Assembly: GCA_019322895.1 (NCBI GenBank)
Contig: JAHWHZ010000001.1
Coordinates: 411,000 to 434,999 of the forward strand
DNA: 24,000 nucleotides
Direction of reading: 5' to 3'
DNA from: Candidatus Woesearchaeota archaeon
GTDB taxonomy: Archaea; Nanobdellota; Nanobdellia; Woesearchaeales; ARS49
A program made the translations under genes and the position numbers. Below, one piece after another: positions 1 to 5,127 of the stretch; the first letter of the stretch is position 1, and the number at the start of each line of letters is the position of its first letter. The notes under the pieces were generated by a model. The model was given only the letters and a program-made list of their open reading frames with translations. It was not told where the DNA came from and did not search any database.

Positions 1-240
1 TTTTCCTAATACCTCTCCCACTATCCTTGCAGACTTCTTGAAAGGCTTGTTGTGAAGCATCCCCATGCTCTGCATGGCATATAGAATTCTCCTGTGTACT
101 GGCTTTAATCCGTCGCGCACATCTGGCAGGGCCCTGCCTACTATGACGCTCATAGAGTAAGCAAGATAAGATTCTTTCATCTCATCTTCAATCACTCTTG
201 GCATGATTCTTGGCTCTGTCTTTTCTGCATCTGTTTCCAT
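1..240 (-). CDS. gyrA: DNA gyrase subunit A, N-terminal 80 codons (gene runs off the window start)
   Basis: Absent from the ORF track because it is truncated. Reverse complement from ATG at 240-238 reads [80 protein letters not shown]. The block [28 protein letters not shown] is the near-invariant GyrA N-terminal signature. Confidence 0.9.
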   Translation of the reverse strand, partial: METDAEKTEPRIMPRVIEDEMKESYLAYSMSVIVGRALPDVRDGLKPVHRRILYAMQSMGMLHNKPFKKSARIVGEVLGK

Positions 241-371
241 TTTTAGCACGAGAAACAAGTATTTCTCTATTAATCAAAAAAGTCTGGTCATTTATAAACC
301 TTTTGCTTGAATTATGGCAGTAGAAGGGCTGTAGAGGCCGAATTCAAGGGTTTCGCTTCGTCTGAAAATGT

Positions 372-515
372 TTATATTCGCTTTAAAATATTCTCAGTTA
401 CCTTAAAACTCCTACCACAATAAACACACTGCTTTCTTTTGCCAGTCAATATCCTATCATTGCTTTGATATTTCATGCGGTTCTTGCATTTTGGGCAGAT
501 TAGAAGTAGTATCAT
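372..515 (-). CDS. 47-aa zinc-ribbon protein (CxxC...CxxC), unannotated small ORF
   Basis: Hand translation: MILLLICPKCKNRMKYQSNDRILTGKRKQCVYCGRSFKVTENILKRI, stop TAA at 374-372. Its ATG (515-513) overlaps the scpB stop TGA (514-512) as ATGA, which suggests translational coupling. It is below the ORF-track length cutoff. Confidence 0.6.
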   Translation of the reverse strand: MILLLICPKCKNRMKYQSNDRILTGKRKQCVYCGRSFKVTENILKRI

Positions 516-1855
516 TCTTCTTTTGGCAATTCTTCTTTTTTCTTTTTTTCAATTTCTGGTTTTGGTTCTTCTTTTGGAAGCTCTGGTTTTTCTTCTGCTT
601 CGATTTCTTCTTTCTTTTCTTCTTCTATCTCTGGCTTCTCTCCATAGACAATCTCTTCTGCTCTCTTGCTTATCTTTTCTTTTAATTCTTCTGGAATCTC
701 TCCTTTGAATATGCCTTTTGCCTTGTATTCTGTTGGTGATTCTTCCATTGCTGCTGCTCTTTCTTTTGCTTTTTTGTGTACTTCTGATACTTTGATTCTT
801 TTTTCAGGCTCTTCTTCTTTAACTTCTTCTTTCTTTTTCTTCTTTTTCTTTGGCTTTTTTTCCTTTTTCTTTTTAGGTTTTTTCTCAGGCTTCTCTTCTT
901 TTACTTCCTCTTTCTCTTCGACTTCTTCTTTCACTTCTTCTGCTTCTTCTTTTGCTTCTTCAGCCACTTCCTCTACTTTTTCAGCAACTTCTTCTGCTTT
1001 CTCAGCTTTTTCTGCAATCTCTTCTTTTTCAGCCTCTTCAATTTCTTCTCCTGTCAATGCAGCTGCAAGCTCTTCTTCTGATGGAGGCTCGAATTTCTCT
1101 TCAGGCTCTTTTTTCTCTTCTTCTTTCTTCTTTTCTTTCTTTTTCTTAGGTTTCTTCTTGGGCTTTTCTTTTCTTTCTTTTTTCTCTCCATAAACTTCTA
1201 AGCCATCAACTGTTTCAACAAACGGCTCTACAGGTGAAGGAGTCTCTTCATATTCTTCAACTTGTTTTTCTCTGCTGTATTCTTCTAATTTTTGCTTGTG
1301 CCCTTCTGAGTCAACTAAATCAACTTCTTTAGGCGTCTCAACTTCTTCTATTGCCTTGTCCAGTTCCTTAAATCCAGTAAATTTCTCTTTAAGTTTTTCA
1401 GGCGGGACATCAAAGTATTCAAAGAATTTCTGTGTTAATTTAATCAGTTTTGTTCTTCCTTTTTTCTCGCGCGTAATATATCCTTTTTCTTCAAGATAAT
1501 CAAGATGTTTATACGCTTTATTTGTGCGGATATGAATCACTTTTGACTGCAATACCGGCGCTTTGAATGCAACAATAGCCAAGGTTTCAATGACGGTTTT
1601 AGGCAATTCAGTCTTAGAAACAACCTTGCGAACAAAAGGAAGGTATTTCTCGCGAACAGTCAGTTTCCAGGAGTCTCCTTCTTCAATAAGCATGATAGAG
1701 CCTTGCTTGTCTTCAAGATCTTTTTTCAGCTCGCGTATTGCCTCTCTTATTTTCTCAGGATCTCTCTCTTTTGTTAATCTGGATAACTCTTCTAAGGTTA
1801 TTTGTTTGCCTGCTGAGAATAGGATTGATTCTATCCTGTGTTTAAGATCACTCAT
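512..1855 (-). CDS. scpB: Segregation and condensation protein B (ScpB) with a long K/E-rich low-complexity C-terminal tail
   Basis: The N-terminal ~165 aa (IESILFSAGKQITLEELSRL...; VIETLAIVAFKAPVLQSKVIHIRTNKAYKHLDYLEEKGYITREKKGRTKLIKLTQKFFEYF) match the tandem winged-helix ScpB pattern. The remaining ~280 aa are almost only K, E, P, A and V. Confidence 0.8.
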   Translation of the reverse strand: MSDLKHRIESILFSAGKQITLEELSRLTKERDPEKIREAIRELKKDLEDKQGSIMLIEEGDSWKLTVREKYLPFVRKVVSKTELPKTVIETLAIVAFKAPVLQSKVIHIRTNKAYKHLDYLEEKGYITREKKGRTKLIKLTQKFFEYFDVPPEKLKEKFTGFKELDKAIEEVETPKEVDLVDSEGHKQKLEEYSREKQVEEYEETPSPVEPFVETVDGLEVYGEKKERKEKPKKKPKKKKEKKKEEEKKEPEEKFEPPSEEELAAALTGEEIEEAEKEEIAEKAEKAEEVAEKVEEVAEEAKEEAEEVKEEVEEKEEVKEEKPEKKPKKKKEKKPKKKKKKKEEVKEEEPEKRIKVSEVHKKAKERAAAMEESPTEYKAKGIFKGEIPEELKEKISKRAEEIVYGEKPEIEEEKKEEIEAEEKPELPKEEPKPEIEKKKKEELPKEE

Positions 1856-2402
1856 TTTTTGTGTATTTATCGCCTTCTTTTTTTAGCTTATTTTCTTTTA
1901 TTAAAATATCAACAAATTTTTGCAGTTGTTTTGACTCTATTCCCACTATTTTTGACATTTCTTCTGTTGTATGCTTTTCCTTGCATATGAATTTGATGAA
2001 ATTCTTGAAGACATTCATTGCATTCTTGTCAAGCACAGCATTCTGCGCCCTTGTTGTCTTCACGACCATGTCAACTTCATGAAGTTTTGCCTGCAAATCA
2101 TTGAGATAATTGCTGAAATCTGCAGCAGATATCTTTAATTCTTCTGGCTCTAGTATCTCCACAGATGAAGGCATTGAGTCAAAGCAGAATCCGAACAAGT
2201 CCTCAATCTTTTCAAATTCAATGTCCAGTTCTGCAAATGTACTGAACAGCTCACCTTGTTTCTTGGCCTCTTCTTTAACTTCATTCACTATCTTGATGCC
2301 GTCAGTTCTTAGTTTTTCCAGATAATTTGTGAGGGTTTGCTCTATGTATTCTTTGGGTGCGCCCAGCATTTCTATAATCACTCTTGCTTTTATTTTTGCC
2401 AT
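1848..2402 (-). CDS. Hypothetical protein with a C-terminal winged-helix-like segment, in the position usually held by scpA
   Basis: 184-aa ORF whose stop overlaps the scpB start by 8 nt. TATA-like CTTTTTATAG lies ~30 nt upstream on the minus strand. The C-terminus HTTEEMSKIVGIESKQLQKFVDILIKENKLKKEGDKY looks like an HTH/wHTH. No ScpA GPLDLL-type motif was seen. Confidence 0.55.
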   Translation of the reverse strand: MAKIKARVIIEMLGAPKEYIEQTLTNYLEKLRTDGIKIVNEVKEEAKKQGELFSTFAELDIEFEKIEDLFGFCFDSMPSSVEILEPEELKISAADFSNYLNDLQAKLHEVDMVVKTTRAQNAVLDKNAMNVFKNFIKFICKEKHTTEEMSKIVGIESKQLQKFVDILIKENKLKKEGDKYTKNE

Positions 2403-2434
2403 GAAAATTGGAATCAGATAGAACTATAAAAAGG

Positions 2435-3436
2435 TTACCATACTCCAGGTATTTTTTCACCGCACTTGCATTTGCCGTCTTTTAATTTGTTTTGCAATAT
2501 TGTAAAATTCATCCTCTCAATGACCATTTCTTTGCACTTGGGGCAGTAGGTATTATCCTCATCTGTTGTCACTACATTGCCTATATACACATAATTCAAG
2601 CCCATTTTCATTGCAAGCTTGCGGGCATCCATCAGTGTTGCTGCAGATGTTGGCGGCAGGTCCTCTAATTTATAGGAAGGATAAAATGCAGAGAAATGCA
2701 GGGGTACATCTGCCCCGATATTTTCTTTTATCCAGGCGCACATCTCTTTAAGTTTTGCGGTGTCGTCATTTAATGTGGGGATGATCAAGTTAGTCAATTC
2801 AAGCCACACATTTTTCTTCTTGTATGTTTTAATGCTTTCTAGCACAGGCTCCAGCCATGCTCCGGAGTATTTTTTGTAGAATTCATTGTCAAATGCTTTC
2901 AAGTCCACATTTGCCCCGTCAATATATTTTATTATGTCCAATAATGCCTCTTTTCCTGTGAACCCGTTTGTCACAAGGACATTCTTCAGCCCCTTTTTAT
3001 GAGCTAGCTTAGCAATCTCAAGCACATATTCAAAGAATATGGTCGGTTCATTATATGTATATGCGATTGTTGAGCAGTGCTCTTGTTTTGCCTTCTCAAC
3101 AACTTCCTCAGGAGTTATGTCATAAGTATGCCATTGCCCTGGTTTTGCCTGGCTTGTTGCCCAGTTCTGACAGTGCTGGCACACAAGGTTGCACCCTACA
3201 GTGCCTATTGAAAATGCTGCAGTTCCTGGCTTGAAATGATATAGAGGCTTTTTTTCTATCGGGTCTATCTGCACTCCTGTTGCTTTTCCATATACAAGAG
3301 AATAAAGCTTTCCTTTCTGGTTCTGCCTTACCCCGCAGAATCCCATTTTTGATTCTTCTATCACGCAGTTTCGCGGGCAAAGAAAGCACTGCACATTCTT
3401 GTTTTTCTGTTTTTTCCACCAAAGTGCTTCTTTCAT
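2435..3436 (-). CDS. AmmeMemoRadiSam-system-type radical SAM enzyme (PflA-like activase family)
   Basis: CX3CX2C radical SAM cluster motif GCNLVCQHCQNW. N-terminal Cys cluster CFLCPRNCVIEESKMGFCGVRQN and C-terminal CPKC...CKCG, as in this family. 333 aa. Confidence 0.8.
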   Translation of the reverse strand: MKEALWWKKQKNKNVQCFLCPRNCVIEESKMGFCGVRQNQKGKLYSLVYGKATGVQIDPIEKKPLYHFKPGTAAFSIGTVGCNLVCQHCQNWATSQAKPGQWHTYDITPEEVVEKAKQEHCSTIAYTYNEPTIFFEYVLEIAKLAHKKGLKNVLVTNGFTGKEALLDIIKYIDGANVDLKAFDNEFYKKYSGAWLEPVLESIKTYKKKNVWLELTNLIIPTLNDDTAKLKEMCAWIKENIGADVPLHFSAFYPSYKLEDLPPTSAATLMDARKLAMKMGLNYVYIGNVVTTDEDNTYCPKCKEMVIERMNFTILQNKLKDGKCKCGEKIPGVW

Positions 3437-3543
3437 GCATCTGTCGAGTATTGCCTTCTATTAAAAGACTTGTTACTATCCAGGGATAGTCCCAAAAGTT
3501 TTTAATAGTTTTTAAAAAATAATTACTCTGGGGTGTGGAAAAA

Positions 3544-4098
3544 ATGTTCAAACTTTTTAAAAAGAAAAAAGAGGCTGAAGAGGTAGAGCTACCTCCGCCA
3601 CCAATGCCACCAGAGGCAGTGGCAGAAAAGCCAAAAGAGCTGGAACTGCCTGAGATTAAGCCGGCATTTCCTGAAATTCCTTCTGAAGAAGAGATGCCAG
3701 AATTTCCTGAGATTACTGAAGAGGAAGAATTTGAGCACGTAGAGATACCTTCTCTTCCAGAGCATCCGACAATGGCAGAACACGAGATAAAAATGCCTGA
3801 AATCAGGCCAAGAAGGGTATTTGAAGAGACTATCAAGGAAGAGGTTGTAGAGCCAGAAGAAATCATCAGGCCTGAAAAAGCAAAGCCGATGTTTGTTGCA
3901 GTGGATGAATACAACAACTTGATGAGCAATGCTAATTTTGTCAGGTCAAAGCTTATTGAAGCAGAAGAATATCTGCAGAGGCTGACTGACCTGAAGAACC
4001 AGGAGCTGAAGGCATTTGACAAGTGGAGAAAGACCTTAGAGAATGTTGAGTCAAAGCTGTCATATGTTGACAAGATCATAGCAAAAGCACAAGGGTGA
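3544..4098 (+). CDS. Coiled-coil protein, paralog 1 of 3: P/E-rich N-terminus with [LFM]PEI repeats plus a ~65-aa conserved C-terminal helical domain
   Basis: The ORF track starts at GTG 3535. ATG 3544 is preferred because GGGGTGTGG (3529-3537) sits just upstream as an SD-like element. The C-terminal domain PMFVAVDEYNNLMSNANFVRSKLIEAEEYLQRLTDLKNQELKAFDKWRKTLENVESKLSYVDKII aligns without gaps to the next ORF. Confidence 0.7.
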   Translation: MFKLFKKKKEAEEVELPPPPMPPEAVAEKPKELELPEIKPAFPEIPSEEEMPEFPEITEEEEFEHVEIPSLPEHPTMAEHEIKMPEIRPRRVFEETIKEEVVEPEEIIRPEKAKPMFVAVDEYNNLMSNANFVRSKLIEAEEYLQRLTDLKNQELKAFDKWRKTLENVESKLSYVDKIIAKAQG

Positions 4099-4102
4099 AA
4101 AA

Positions 4103-4330
4103 ATGGAACAAAAAGCACCAGTATTTGTCAAGATAGAGGATTACAAGGATATCACCGAGATAATGGCCTTGATCAAGGAAAAGCTTGACCAGGCAAGGTT
4201 CCTGCTTAGCAAGATCAATGAGATAAAGAAGCAGGAAGACTCAGAGATAGAGAACTGGACCAAGGAGCTGGAAGAAGTGACTAGAAGGATATACGAGATA
4301 GACCAGGCATTATTGAAACCAGAACTATGA
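4103..4330 (+). CDS. Coiled-coil protein, paralog 2 of 3 (domain only, 75 aa)
   Basis: PVFVKIEDYKDITEIMALIKEKLDQARFLLSKINEIKKQEDSEIENWTKELEEVTRRIYEIDQAL. It starts 4 nt after the stop of paralog 1. Confidence 0.7.
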   Translation: MEQKAPVFVKIEDYKDITEIMALIKEKLDQARFLLSKINEIKKQEDSEIENWTKELEEVTRRIYEIDQALLKPEL

Positions 4331-4677
4331 CTAAGGAGAATTTCTTCGTCGGAATAAAGAATCCTGTTAATACCAGGCGCCTTTTGCTTAATTCATCAAA
4401 GGATATTCTTGACGCCTTGAAAGATTATGAGAATTTTGAGAATTTCAAGCAGGAAAAGGCAAAATACATCATTGAATTGAAAAGAATTCTTGACGAGATT
4501 CTTGTGCTCAATAAAAAACTGAAAAAGCACATGCCAAAGACTCCTTTTAAAACACCTAAGAAAAAAGCAACAGGCAAGAAAGCCAAAAAATCAAAGATGC
4601 CTGAAGTTACTTCTAAGATAGAGGAATTAGAGTCAGAGCTTTCCATGATTGAAGGCAGGCTGAAGGCTTTAGAATAA
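4327..4677 (+). CDS. Coiled-coil protein, paralog 3 of 3 (more diverged domain plus Lys-rich tail and terminal heptad helix)
   Basis: ATGA start/stop overlap with paralog 2. FFVGIKNPVNTRRLLLNSSKDILDALKDYENFENFKQEKAKYIIELKRILDEILVLNKKL keeps the FVxI start and the KQE core. The tail is KTPFKTPKKKATGKKAKKSK, then KIEELESELSMIEGRLKALE. Confidence 0.65.
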   Translation: MTKENFFVGIKNPVNTRRLLLNSSKDILDALKDYENFENFKQEKAKYIIELKRILDEILVLNKKLKKHMPKTPFKTPKKKATGKKAKKSKMPEVTSKIEELESELSMIEGRLKALE

Positions 4678-4679
4678 AC

Positions 4680-4687
4680 TTTATATA
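4680..4687 (+). promoter_or_regulatory. TATA box (TTTATATA) positioned for transcription start at about 4710-4714
   Basis: Its 3' edge is 24 nt from G4712, the first base of the upstream partial tRNA copy and not of the complete tRNA at 4777. No TATA-like element is seen directly upstream of 4777. Confidence 0.5.
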
Positions 4688-4709
4688 CTACGGATTAGTT
4701 TTTCTAGCT

Positions 4710-4723
4710 ATGCGGGGCTGCCG
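4710..4723 (+). repeat. Exact 14-nt duplicate (ATGCGGGGCTGCCG) of the tRNA-Leu 5' end plus 2 upstream nt
   Basis: Identical to 4775-4788. The copies are separated by 51 nt that include a perfect 7-bp hairpin, TCTGAAC-gaa-GTTCAGA (4729-4745). Confidence 0.9.
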
Positions 4724-4776
4724 ACAAATCTGAACGAAGTTCAGAAAGCCGTCACCCACGCATTCGCTACGCTCAT

Positions 4777-4927
4777 GCGGGGCTGCCGGAGCGGCCAAAC
4801 GGGACAGAGCTGTTTTGGCGTCCAAACTCAAGGCTGAAGATGAAAATCTGCTGTCTTCCACTTCACAGGAAGTGGTGAGATATCTGTTGGCTTAGTGCCT
4901 ACGCAGGTTCGAATCCTGCGCCCCGCA
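4777..4927 (+). tRNA. tRNA-Leu (anticodon CAA), class II, with two introns (18 nt at 4808-4825, position 30/31; 49 nt at 4833-4881, position 37/38)
   Basis: Hand fold: acceptor GCGGGGC/GCCCCGC, discriminator A, D arm CCG-GAGCGGCCAAA-CGG, T arm GCAGG-TTCGAAT-CCTGC, long variable arm TGGCTTAGTGCCTAC. The anticodon stem ACAGA/TCTGT is interrupted; removing both introns gives the loop CUCAAGA. Each intron has a 4-bp central helix flanked by 3-nt bulges: GGAC(4802-4805):GTCC(4820-4823) and CTCA(4827-4830):TGAG(4876-4879). CCA is not encoded. Confidence 0.75.
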
Positions 4928-5061
4928 TTCATTTTTCTTATTGCGCGATATTGTGAATGCGAGAGAAGAGTTTTACCCCTGTTTGCATAGCAAACAGCAG
5001 ATAGAATGCTTCTCGAGCATGAACGACGAGCGCCCTTTGATCAAACTTTTTTCAAAAGTTT

Positions 5062-5090
5062 GGTTCGCACCTGCGCCCCGCATCATTTTT
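5062..5090 (+). repeat. Imperfect duplicate of the tRNA-Leu 3' end plus trailer (GGTTCGCACCTGCGCCCCGCATCATTTTT)
   Basis: Compare 4906-4936, GGTTCGAATCCTGCGCCCCGCATTCATTTTT. The T-loop of this copy is one nt short and its T-stem 5' strand is missing, so it is not a functional tRNA 3' half on its own. Confidence 0.85.
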
Positions 5091-5127
5091 AAAAACCTTT
5101 TTATACTATTTCTCTAAAGGTGTATCT

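Noticed and set aside
283-298. CTGGTCA next to TTTATAAA as a third copy of the hef/primase upstream motif
   Set aside because: Only 7 of 11 bases match and the motif abuts the TATA box with no spacer. Its orientation is also wrong for gyrA, which is on the minus strand.
475-1193. Several + strand ORFs (475-708, 491-685, 666-1193, 952-1149) rich in F/L/S
   Set aside because: They are antisense shadows of the K/E-rich scpB tail, since poly-purine codons read as poly-pyrimidine codons on the other strand. They have no starts with promoter context and no recognisable motifs.
520-1200. Repetitive-looking DNA (ctt/ttc-rich) that could be taken for a tandem repeat array or CRISPR
   Set aside because: There is no fixed-length repeat/spacer periodicity. 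The repetitiveness is codon-level low complexity inside one long open reading frame (the ScpB tail).
3120-4118. 332-aa minus-strand ORF spanning the radical SAM 5' end, the intergenic region and the whole of coiled-coil paralog 1
   Set aside because: Its translation is low-complexity (S/G/F-rich). It lies antisense to a purine-rich K/E-coding gene, crosses a divergent promoter region, and overlaps the well-supported radical SAM gene out of frame. It is a typical shadow ORF.
4724-4788. The 65 nt between the two ATGCGGGGCTGCCG copies considered as a third (D-arm) intron of tRNA-Leu
   Set aside because: I tested every splice register allowed by the repeat in both BHB orientations. No complementary 4-bp central helix exists, because no 4-mer within the repeat is self-complementary and the flank combinations do not pair. 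A leader or a duplication scar is more likely.
4833-4881. Possible C/D-box sRNA inside the 49-nt tRNA-Leu intron (CTGA at 4834, GATGA at 4839)
   Set aside because: The C-box match is imperfect (AAGAUGA rather than RUGAUGA). The box order and spacing do not form a C...D' / C'...D unit, and 49 nt is too short for a full guide RNA.
5062-5082. Outer 3' copy as the 3' half of a second or split tRNA, paired with the outer 5' copy at 4712
   Set aside because: The T-loop would be 6 nt and the T-stem 5' strand (TTTGG) does not pair with CCTGC. No D-arm or anticodon-arm candidates exist in 4928-5061.
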